Part shown: one piece after another, positions 50,587 through 57,623 of the stretch
Layout: each line of letters starts with the position of its first letter
How positions within the stretch are numbered: the first letter of the stretch is position 1
Source: a virus
Virus record (IMG/VR): IMGVR_UViG_3300048915_000124
Span: 1 to 57,623 of that record
Reading direction: 5' to 3' (one strand)
DNA length: 57,623 nucleotides
Made by a program: the position numbers and the translations under genes
The notes under the pieces: generated by a model
Seen by the model: only the letters and a program-made list of their open reading frames with translations
Database searches by the model: none
Told to the model about the DNA's origin: nothing

Positions 50587-51101
50587 GCAACGACAGCGCG
50601 ATCGAATGGACCGACGCACCCCTCAAGGTGCGCAAGACGGCCGCCGCTCGAATCGGCGTGACCCTCGATGAGTACGACCAGCGGCGCGCTGCGGGCGAGA
50701 AGTGGTGCACCGGTTGCAAACAGTGGCATCCCCACGTCGACTTCAACATCGACCGGTCGCGCGGTGACGGGCTCGGCAAGTGGTGCCGTGCCTTCGCCAC
50801 AGAGCAGGGACGAACCCACTACACGCCCCGGCCCCGGCCAGCCGCCGGCCGCCGATTTGTGGCAGCCCGAGATGGCGACCAACAACAAGCCCGGCGACGC
50901 GTAAACCATCTCGTTGACGTGGGACTCCTGCCTGATCCGAACGATCGGGCGTGCAACGACTGCGGTCACGTCTATACGGAAGGCGAGCGCCGCCACGAGT
51001 ACGACCACCACCGGGGTTACGAACCGGAGCATCACGAGCACGTCGAGCCGGTGTGCACCACCTGTCATCACGCCCGCGAAACGCAACGGAGGGCCGGCTG
51101 A
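50583..51101 (+). CDS. HNH-type endonuclease carrying a DUF5131-like N-terminal tag
   Basis: CNDCGH...EYDHHRGY...VCTTCHHARE. The N-terminus SAIEWTDAPL copies the IEWT signature of the next gene. GTGA coupling. Confidence 0.6.
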   Translation: MSNDSAIEWTDAPLKVRKTAAARIGVTLDEYDQRRAAGEKWCTGCKQWHPHVDFNIDRSRGDGLGKWCRAFATEQGRTHYTPRPRPAAGRRFVAARDGDQQQARRRVNHLVDVGLLPDPNDRACNDCGHVYTEGERRHEYDHHRGYEPEHHEHVEPVCTTCHHARETQRRAG

Positions 51102-51892
51102 TGGCCGAGACCAGCATCGAATGGGCCACGCACGTTTGGAATCCAACCACCGGCTGCGACCGTGTCTCGCCCGGCTGCGACCACTGCTACGCCCTCACCT
51201 TGGCTGGGCGGTTGAAGGGCATGGGGTCGGCGAAGTACCAGCGCGACGGCGACCCGCGCACGTCGGGGCCCGGGTTCGGGCTCACCGCGCACGATGACGC
51301 GTTGACGATCCCGCTGCGCTGGCGTGAGCCACGGCGGGTGTTCGTCGACAGCATGTCTGACCTGTTCCACGCCCGGGTGCCGCGCGAGTTCGTCGTCCGC
51401 GTGTGGGACGTGATGAGCCGCACGCCGCAGCACACGTACCAGATCCTCACGAAGCGACCTGGCCGGATGGCCGCTGTCGTTGACCAGCTCCCCGACGGGC
51501 TCTGGCAGTTGCCGCTCCCGAACGTGTGGCTTGGCACGTCGATCGAGTCCGACAAGTACGTCGGCCGGGCCGATGACCTGCGACGCACCGCCGCCGCCGT
51601 GCGGTTCATCTCCGCCGAACCGCTGCTCGGCCCGCTCGACGGCCTCGACCTGACCGGGATCGACTGGCTCATTGCCGGCGGCGAGTCCGGTCCGAACGCG
51701 CGGCCCATGCACCCCGACTGGGCACGCTCCCTCCGCGACCAATGCCTGATCGCTGACGTGCCGTTCTTCTTCAAACAGTGGGGCGGGCGCACCCCGAAGT
51801 CCGGCGGGCGAACGTTGGACGGCCGCACTTGGGACGAGTACCCCAATGACCGGAACCGATCAGAGGAAACACAGGTGACCGTCGATGTCTGA
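51101..51892 (+). CDS. phage Gp37/Gp68-family protein (DUF5131)
   Basis: TSIEWATHVWNPTTGCDRVSPGCDHCYA..., FISAEPLLGPL, DWLIAGGESGPNARPMHPDW, FFFKQWGG. Confidence 0.8.
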   Translation: MAETSIEWATHVWNPTTGCDRVSPGCDHCYALTLAGRLKGMGSAKYQRDGDPRTSGPGFGLTAHDDALTIPLRWREPRRVFVDSMSDLFHARVPREFVVRVWDVMSRTPQHTYQILTKRPGRMAAVVDQLPDGLWQLPLPNVWLGTSIESDKYVGRADDLRRTAAAVRFISAEPLLGPLDGLDLTGIDWLIAGGESGPNARPMHPDWARSLRDQCLIADVPFFFKQWGGRTPKSGGRTLDGRTWDEYPNDRNRSEETQVTVDV

Positions 51893-52214
51893 GCGTCCCT
51901 CGCGGGCCCGCCGCCGCACCACCAGACCCGCCACACCCCCCGCCACAGCCGAGGTCGTCACCATCGAACCCGCCGCCGACCAGACCACCCCGGACCAGCA
52001 CACCCCCGACCTGCTCGCCCCCACCACCGCCGCCATCCAGAAAGGCCGGATCCTTGTCGCCCACCACCGACCCCACCCGACCGCGGATCCGCCGTTCTGC
52101 GCCTACTGCGGACGCGACTGGCCCTGCCCCATCCGACTCGCCTACATCGCCGGGCGTGCCGACGCCGGACGCCCCGACGCCGCTGTCACCCGACCTGCCG
52201 ACCAGCCCCCCTGA
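51885..52214 (+). CDS. hypothetical protein (109 aa)
   Basis: ORF track. Pro/Thr-rich N-half, CAYCGRDWPC motif. Confidence 0.45.
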   Translation: MSERPSRARRRTTRPATPPATAEVVTIEPAADQTTPDQHTPDLLAPTTAAIQKGRILVAHHRPHPTADPPFCAYCGRDWPCPIRLAYIAGRADAGRPDAAVTRPADQPP

Positions 52215-52524
52215 ACCCACCGACCACCACCCCGCCGTCGCCACCATCCTGCGCACCGCAGCCCAGGTCGGTGCGCACCTGTTCACCGACGATGCCGTCG
52301 CCATCGTCGCCGCCCTCGACCACGACTGGCACCTCAACACCCAGCAACGCCGCTACGCCGCGCAGATCGCCGCACTGCGTGACGCCGCCGACGCCGCACC
52401 CCACGACCTGATCGCCGAATACCTCCGCGGCCGCATCGCCGCCCTGATCCGCGACGCCGACGCCGCCGACCTCAACAACACTGCGACACCTGCCCCGCAC
52501 CACGGCCAACACCGCGCCACCTGA
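52156..52524 (+). CDS. hypothetical helical protein (start uncertain)
   Basis: The C-terminal ~100 aa of ORF 52054..52524 look coding. The GTG at 52156 is the only plausible in-frame start that I saw. Confidence 0.35.
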   Translation: MPTPDAPTPLSPDLPTSPPEPTDHHPAVATILRTAAQVGAHLFTDDAVAIVAALDHDWHLNTQQRRYAAQIAALRDAADAAPHDLIAEYLRGRIAALIRDADAADLNNTATPAPHHGQHRAT

Positions 52525-52540
52525 ACCGAGAGGCACACCC

Positions 52541-53359
52541 GTGACCATCCGACGCGTCAACCACGGCCGAGGCCACTCCTACGTCGACACCGACACCGGC
52601 CAGAAAATCCCCGGCGTCACCACCGTCACGAAGAACGGCATCCCGAAACCCGCCCTCAACGAGTGGATGGTGTCCACCACCATCGACTACGCGCTCGACA
52701 ACTGGGACGCGTTGACGCGCAAGCCGCTGTCGGTCCGGGCGAAGGAACTCGCCAAGGCCCGCTACGCCGAACGCGACGCCGCCGGCAACAAAGGCACCGC
52801 CATCCACAAACTCGCCGAACGGCTCGTCCAAGGCGAACGGGTCGCGGTCCCCGACGAACTGGCCGACCACGTCCGCTCCTACGTCCGGTTCCTCGACGAG
52901 TTCGACGTGCAGCCGATCCTCGTCGAACGGCCCGTCATCCTCCACAAGTACGGCGTGTGCGGCACGTTCGACCTGATCGCCGACCTGATCGACCCCGACG
53001 ACCCGGAACCCGACCCGGACCTGCGCCGCCGGGAAACGTGGCTCCTCGACCTCAAGTCGTCCCGGTCCGGGGTGTTCGGGGAGACGGCGCTGCAACTCGC
53101 CCCGTACCGGTTCGCCGACGCGTGGCTCGACGACGACGGCACCGAGCACGACATGCCGATCGTGGACCGGGCCGGCGCGATCCACATCCGCGCCGACGGC
53201 TACGACCTGATCCCGTTGGACGTGGACGAGGAACGGCTCCGGGACTTCCTGTACGTCCAGCAGGTCGCCCGGATCGTCGCCGAGTCCCGCGACTGGGTCG
53301 GGGAGCCGATCACGTCGCCGACCACGTCCACGTACCGGCTCACCCGGGACGAGTCATGA
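52541..53359 (+). CDS. PD-(D/E)XK (RecB/Cas4-like) exonuclease
   Basis: GTAIHKLAE..., GVCGTFDLIADL (Asp), WLLDLKSS (D/E-x-K). Paired with an ERF annealase. Confidence 0.65.
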   Translation: MTIRRVNHGRGHSYVDTDTGQKIPGVTTVTKNGIPKPALNEWMVSTTIDYALDNWDALTRKPLSVRAKELAKARYAERDAAGNKGTAIHKLAERLVQGERVAVPDELADHVRSYVRFLDEFDVQPILVERPVILHKYGVCGTFDLIADLIDPDDPEPDPDLRRRETWLLDLKSSRSGVFGETALQLAPYRFADAWLDDDGTEHDMPIVDRAGAIHIRADGYDLIPLDVDEERLRDFLYVQQVARIVAESRDWVGEPITSPTTSTYRLTRDES

Positions 53360-54144
53360 CCGGCAACGGGCAACCCGCGTCGCTCGCCGCAGCGCTCGCG
53401 TTGCTGCAGACCCGCCTCCCCGAAATCAAAAAGTCGGAACGCGCCGACGTGAAGACTGACAAGGGCAGCTACTCGTACACCTTCGCCGACCTCGCGCAGG
53501 TCAGCCGGGAACTCCTGCCCATCATGGGCGAGTTGGGGCTGTCGTTCACCGCCGCGCCCACCCTGGCCGACGGGAAGTTCATCCTCGCCTGCACCCTGCG
53601 CCACGTCTCCGGCGGCGAGGTCGTCACCGCGACGTACCCGCTACCCACGTCCGGGCCGCCGCAGGCCATCGGGTCGGCGATCACCTACGGCCGGCGGTAC
53701 TGCCTGTGCGCGATCACCGGTGTCGCCCCCGAAGACGACGACGACGGTGCCGCCGCGCAGGCCCAAACCGACCCGCACGCCGGGACCGCGCAGCGGGCCA
53801 CCGCCGCGCGGCAACGCCGGCAGCCGCCGCCCACGTCGGGAACCGGGACCGTGCAGCGGACCCGCCCACCGGCGGCCAGCCTGCCACCCCTGCCCGGCGA
53901 AACCACCCCCGACACGGCGGACACGGCGACGACCGCCCAGTTGCAGAAGTTGGTCATCGCGTTCGACGAGATCGGGTTCGACCGGGCCGAACGGCTCGCG
54001 GTCTGCTCCACCCTCACCGGCCGCGCCCTCGCGTCGGCGAAGGAACTCACGAAAACCGAGGCAAGCCAGATCATCGAACGGGCCGTGTGGGCGCAAACCC
54101 AGACCGACCCCCGCACGGCGATCACCAGCAACAGCCACGACTGA
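53356..54144 (+). CDS. ERF-family single-strand annealing protein
   Basis: SYSYTFADLAQVSRELLPIMGELGLSF and IGSAITYGRRYCLCAITGV. Internal ATG of ORF 52663..54144. Confidence 0.8.
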   Translation: MTGNGQPASLAAALALLQTRLPEIKKSERADVKTDKGSYSYTFADLAQVSRELLPIMGELGLSFTAAPTLADGKFILACTLRHVSGGEVVTATYPLPTSGPPQAIGSAITYGRRYCLCAITGVAPEDDDDGAAAQAQTDPHAGTAQRATAARQRRQPPPTSGTGTVQRTRPPAASLPPLPGETTPDTADTATTAQLQKLVIAFDEIGFDRAERLAVCSTLTGRALASAKELTKTEASQIIERAVWAQTQTDPRTAITSNSHD

Positions 54145-54163
54145 CCGGGGAGGTGAAACGCCA

Positions 54164-54445
54164 GTGCCCGAACAGCCAGCGACACCCGACGTTCGGGACT
54201 GGCGCGACCTCGTCGACTGGTGGGCCGACCCCCGCCTCGCCTACGCCGCTGGGCTCGCCGACGGTGCCGCCCTCGAACGGGCCCGCGCCGACCTCGAAGC
54301 CGACGCCGGGCAACGCGCGGCCGCGCGGCGAGCCAGCGTCGTCATCCAGCAGGGCAACGCCCGCGCCATCGCCGACCGGCCCGGACCCCGCCCCGGCGAC
54401 CACCCCGGACACGCACGCACCCAACGACCGGAGCGTGCCGCATGA
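54164..54445 (+). CDS. hypothetical protein (93 aa)
   Basis: GTG 8 nt after GGGGAGG. ATGA coupling to the next gene. Confidence 0.45.
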   Translation: MPEQPATPDVRDWRDLVDWWADPRLAYAAGLADGAALERARADLEADAGQRAAARRASVVIQQGNARAIADRPGPRPGDHPGHARTQRPERAA

Positions 54446-55599
54446 CCATCCCCGCCGAAGCCGCCACCCTGCACTGCGCGCTCTGCGGCAACGGACTCGT
54501 CCCCTGGCGACCCGGCCAGACCACCCACCCCATGTGCGACCCCGCCGAAGCCGACCGGATCCGCGAAGCCGCCGCCAACCCACCCGCCCCACCACTCAAC
54601 GGCGCCGCCGGCCACACCGACCCCGACCAACACACCAGCTACGTCGACCGGCTCCGCGCCAACCTCATCGACACCGCCGGCCTCGACAGCATCGGCGACC
54701 CCGAACCCCTCATCACCGGCGTCGTCCAACTCGACTCGATCGCCTGGATCGGCGGCCGGCCCGGCTCCGCGAAAACCCTCGTCGCGCTCGACATGGCCGG
54801 CGCGGTCGGCACCGGACAGCCATGGCAAACCATCCCTGTCCGAAAAGGATCAGTGCTGTACCTGATCGCCGAAGGTGCCCGCGGCATCCGGAAACGGGTC
54901 CGGGCGTGGGAAGCCGCCAACGACCGGCCCATGACCGGGGTCACGTTCCTCCCCGTCGCCGTCCAGGCCGCGAGCGAATTGCAGTGGAACGCGCTGTGCG
55001 AACTGGCCGCCGACCTGAAACCGGCGCTGATCGTCATCGACACCCAGGCCCGGGTGACGGTCGGCATGGAGGAGAACTCGAACAAGGACATGGGGGTCTT
55101 CGTCGACCGGCTTGAACGGCTCCGGCGGGCGTGCGCGGCGTGTGTCCTCGTCCTCCACCACACTCCACGCGGATCGGACAATCTACGCGGCGCGACGGCG
55201 ATGGAGGGTGCCGCCACCACGATCATTATGACCGTGATGGAGGGCGACACCGTCACCCTCATAAATGCCCCAGAAGAGGGCGGAAAGCAAAAAGACTTCG
55301 ACCCGTTCGACCCCATCAACCTGCGTCTGATACCTACCGATAGGTCCGTTATTCTGGCTCTCACGGACCGTCCACAAAGGACGGACACAAATTCGAAGGC
55401 CGTCCGCGACTTGCTCTCACGCTGGTGGGCCCTTCATGAGAGCGACGAGGTTTCCGTATCCGTCCTGATCAAATCCGGTGCCTGCTCCGAAGCCACGTTC
55501 CACCGATCGAAGAAAGCCCTGATAGCCGACGGTTTCGTGGCCAAGGAAGGTAAGGGCAACCAGGTCCGCTACCGCTTACTGAGAGATCCATCGTCATGA
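54442..55599 (+). CDS. AAA_25 / RepA-like RecA-fold ATPase with C-terminal winged-helix (replication initiator or helicase-like)
   Basis: Walker A GGRPGSAKT, Walker B ALIVIDTQ, VLVLHHTPRG. C-terminal FHRSKKALIADGFVAKEGKGNQVRYRL. N-terminal CALCG zinc knuckle. Confidence 0.7.
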   Translation: MTIPAEAATLHCALCGNGLVPWRPGQTTHPMCDPAEADRIREAAANPPAPPLNGAAGHTDPDQHTSYVDRLRANLIDTAGLDSIGDPEPLITGVVQLDSIAWIGGRPGSAKTLVALDMAGAVGTGQPWQTIPVRKGSVLYLIAEGARGIRKRVRAWEAANDRPMTGVTFLPVAVQAASELQWNALCELAADLKPALIVIDTQARVTVGMEENSNKDMGVFVDRLERLRRACAACVLVLHHTPRGSDNLRGATAMEGAATTIIMTVMEGDTVTLINAPEEGGKQKDFDPFDPINLRLIPTDRSVILALTDRPQRTDTNSKAVRDLLSRWWALHESDEVSVSVLIKSGACSEATFHRSKKALIADGFVAKEGKGNQVRYRLLRDPSS

Positions 55600-55602
55600 G
55601 TG

Positions 55603-55730
55603 GCTCTCAAGCGCTCTCAAGCGCTCTCAGGAAAGTAAGCCATAGACGCCCGCACTCACTCTCATGCTCTCACCACCTCTTAGAGGTGAGAGCGTGAGAG
55701 CGAGGCGATGGCGGCCAGTACCTCTTAGAG
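55603..55730. repeat. iteron-like repeats and palindrome: candidate replication origin
   Basis: GCTCTCA at 55603, 55613, 55623 and 55666. Inverted TGAGAGC at 55687 and 55695. Perfect palindrome CACCTCTTAGAGGTG at 55674..55688, with ACCTCTTAGAG again at 55720. Lower-GC region directly after the ATPase gene. Confidence 0.5.
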
Positions 55731-55768
55731 ATCAAAAGCGCATCAAGAGGAGAGGGTGACCACCGCCG

Positions 55769-56008
55769 ATGACCAAGGCATTGAAGGCCAGCGAATATGG
55801 CCTCAAACCGCACTACAAGGTCCGTATTGTTATTTCCGGTGCGATTTTGCACTTGGCGTCGTGGGATCAGCCGCAGGTTGCCGAGGGCCCGGGTGGCGCT
55901 GTCGCCGGGGTTGAGGCGTCGTGGATTGATGATCCGGGTTACGGCGACACTGCCGGGTTCGTCGATTGGGCGGCCGTGGACGCGGTCACGTGGCGCTGGT
56001 CTGAATGA
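55769..56008 (+). CDS. hypothetical protein (79 aa)
   Basis: ORF track. AAGAGGAGAGGG upstream. Confidence 0.5.
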   Translation: MTKALKASEYGLKPHYKVRIVISGAILHLASWDQPQVAEGPGGAVAGVEASWIDDPGYGDTAGFVDWAAVDAVTWRWSE

Positions 56009-56151
56009 GGACGGTGTCGCCGCGGTGGACGCCGGCGGCCGGGCGGGGTGTTGTGCTCGCCGTCGGGTTCGCGATCATGCTGGGGGCGTGCGGCGCGGTG
56101 TGCTGCGCCGGGGTGTGGCAGTGGCTTGACCGGGTCGCGGGTCTGCCATGA
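56005..56151 (+). CDS. 48-aa putative lipoprotein / membrane micro-protein (below the ORF-track cut-off)
   Basis: ATGA coupling. MRTVSPRWTPAAGRGVVLAVGFAIMLGACGAVCC... has a lipobox-like LGAC. G/C-rich third positions. Confidence 0.4.
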   Translation: MRTVSPRWTPAAGRGVVLAVGFAIMLGACGAVCCAGVWQWLDRVAGLP

Positions 56152-56247
56152 CGCAGACATGCCCCGTCCGGCCGGCTGAACGGCCCGTAGACGCCCGTTC
56201 AGCCGTCGGTGGTCCCGTTCCGCCTTCTAAGATCATCGGCGGCTGAG

Positions 56248-56706
56248 ATGGCCGCACAGCCGCAACCCGATCCCCTCGTCGTCATCGCCGATCAGGTCGC
56301 CGAGTTGGTCGACCCGATCCGGGTGGAACGGCGGAGGGCGTTCTATCACCGTCGTTGGCACCGGACGGTGACCGATTTTGACACCTGGGAGTTCCCGTCG
56401 CTGCTCGACCAGCTCCGCGCGGCGGGGGTGCCGGGGTTGCGGGCGGCGGAGGGTGGTGCCCGTCGGGCGCCGGGGTCGCGGCTGTTGGTGGATGCGGGTG
56501 CGGTGGATGTGCTGCGCCGGGTTGAGGCGGGGGTGCTGGTGTGGGTGTACGCGCTCAGCCTGGACCGGCGCGGCTCCCTCGAGGCGGATCTGCGGGCCCT
56601 CGTCGGTGCGGCGGGTGGCGTGGATCGGGTGACGTTGGGTGCGTTGGCGGGGGATGTTGATGGTTGGTGGCGGCGGGCTCGGGCGTACGCACGGTTCGAT
56701 GGATGA
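56248..56706 (+). CDS. hypothetical protein (152 aa)
   Basis: ATG at 56248 inside ORF 56209..56706. Confidence 0.5.
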   Translation: MAAQPQPDPLVVIADQVAELVDPIRVERRRAFYHRRWHRTVTDFDTWEFPSLLDQLRAAGVPGLRAAEGGARRAPGSRLLVDAGAVDVLRRVEAGVLVWVYALSLDRRGSLEADLRALVGAAGGVDRVTLGALAGDVDGWWRRARAYARFDG

Positions 56707-56878
56707 CAAAGCGAAACAGGACGAGTCGTTGACTCGGTGGCTTACTTGGCTCGGTACGCCCGACTGCACATGCGAGAGCGTGTGGAAGGGGCTTGGCCGC
56801 CTGTATGGCGTTGACATGGGTAAGGGCTGGGTTCGGGTGGATACCGCCCCCGGGTGCCCGCATCACGGGCAAGGTTGA
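56699..56878 (+). CDS. small Cys/His protein (59 aa)
   Basis: ATG at 56699 inside ORF 56639..56878. DCTCESVW...APGCPHHGQG. Confidence 0.45.
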   Translation: MDDKAKQDESLTRWLTWLGTPDCTCESVWKGLGRLYGVDMGKGWVRVDTAPGCPHHGQG

Positions 56879-56988
56879 CGTTGGTACGTGTCGTCGTGGT
56901 CTGCGAAAACGGTTCACCTCCGAAAAATCGCGGATCGGCGTAGACCTCCCCGCATTGGTCGATGGGCGACCAGCGTGGGGAGACGCAC

Positions 56989-57564
56989 ATGCACATCAAC
57001 AACATCCGTGGGGACGCCGGCCGGGCGTGGATACGGTTCGTCGGGCTCGGCGCTGTCGTGGCGGCGTTGCTGCTCGCGGCGGTCGCCGAGGGCACCGGCC
57101 CGGCGCAGGCGACGGTCCCGATCACGTGGCAGCCCCAGCCGGCGCAACTCGTGTCGTTCGACGAGGGGTTCGGCACGACCGCCGTGGCGACGAACCCGTG
57201 GGCGTGTAACGGTCCGGCGCACTTCACGCACCTGGCCGAGAACCTCGGGAACATGTACCAGCTTGACCTGAACGGGAACATCTGGATCTCGGGTCGGATC
57301 TTCGCGGGGGGCGGTCCGTGCTGGGTCGGGTACGCGATGTGGGGCGACGGGACGGCGCACCCGTTGGACGGGTCGCACTGTATGACGGTGCAGGCGTTCC
57401 TGTGGTCGAACAACGCGCCACTCGGTAACGCGGTGATCCTGTGTTCGATCGGGGATCATCTGCGGTTGACGGCGGGGACGTTGCCGGACGGGACGGCGTA
57501 CTACGTCGAGGTGTGGATCAACCGGAACAGCACGGGGAAGCCGATCCTGTGGACGCAGGACTGA
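56989..57564 (+). CDS. secreted protein of unknown function (Sec signal peptide)
   Basis: ATG at 56989 inside ORF 56962..57564. WIRFVGLGAVVAALLLAAVAEGTGPAQA|TVP, then a Cys-containing beta-rich domain. Followed by a very strong hairpin. Confidence 0.6.
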   Translation: MHINNIRGDAGRAWIRFVGLGAVVAALLLAAVAEGTGPAQATVPITWQPQPAQLVSFDEGFGTTAVATNPWACNGPAHFTHLAENLGNMYQLDLNGNIWISGRIFAGGGPCWVGYAMWGDGTAHPLDGSHCMTVQAFLWSNNAPLGNAVILCSIGDHLRLTAGTLPDGTAYYVEVWINRNSTGKPILWTQD

Positions 57565-57579
57565 CCGGGTAAGGTCTCG

Positions 57580-57623
57580 TGGCGGCGGGCCCGGCCCCGT
57601 TCGGGAACCGGGCCGGGCCCGCC
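57580..57623 (+). terminator. GC hairpin; the stem is 18 bp perfect once the window ends are joined (right arm continues at 32..35)
   Basis: TGGCGGCGGGCCCGGCCC-cgttcgggaacc-GGGCCGGGCCCGCC(GCCA). Located 16 nt after the stop of 56989..57564. Confidence 0.6.

Overview
The window is one complete, end-overlapping genome of a temperate siphovirus-type phage or prophage. The first 31 nt equal the last 31 nt, so the unit length is 57,592 bp. The host looks like a high-G+C actinobacterium: there is a WhiB-like gene, a Tat-type signal, leaderless-looking starts and very G+C-rich third codon positions.

Gene order:
- Rightward late genes: HNH, a repeat-rich cos-like gap, TerS, TerL, portal, a SAP-domain protein, a free-standing LAGLIDADG endonuclease, HK97-type prohead protease, and the HK97-fold capsid protein.
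- They continue with a glycosyltransferase/methyltransferase island, neck genes, major tail protein, the G/G-T chaperones (candidate -1 frameshift), tape measure, Dit/fibre/Tal-like tip genes, DUF1906-like endolysin, HNH, holin and a strong hairpin.
- A 13-gene leftward, stop/start-coupled operon (31921..37741) follows. It is headed by a DUF2637-like membrane/HTH protein and a membrane-anchored FtsK/SpoIIIE (TraB-like) translocase. Directly after the translocase come seven copies of the palindromic octamer TTCGCGAA and several small membrane proteins.
- A regulatory and integration block follows: an HTH-TPR regulator, excisionase, tyrosine integrase fused in an operon with an XRE repressor, and a divergent Cro-like gene with tandem operators.
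- A rightward early operon carries C5 and N6/N4 DNA methyltransferases, RuvC-like and WhiB-like genes, an NDT-like gene, DUF5131, a PD-(D/E)XK exonuclease plus ERF, and an AAA_25 ATPase followed by iterons.
- A right-end accessory block holds a secreted protein, two papain-fold peptidases, a Tat-signal DMFase-like protein, and a second cluster of structural-looking proteins including a protein with about 15 Ala/Thr/Asp repeats.

Top candidate for novelty: the leftward operon resembles an actinomycete conjugative-element (AICE/plasmid) transfer-spread module with a clt-like site, embedded in a phage.

Limits: all product calls are motif and architecture recognition by eye from the translated ORFs. 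No database search was run. Start codons were chosen by coupling or RBS and may be off. attP and the exact cos ends were not located.
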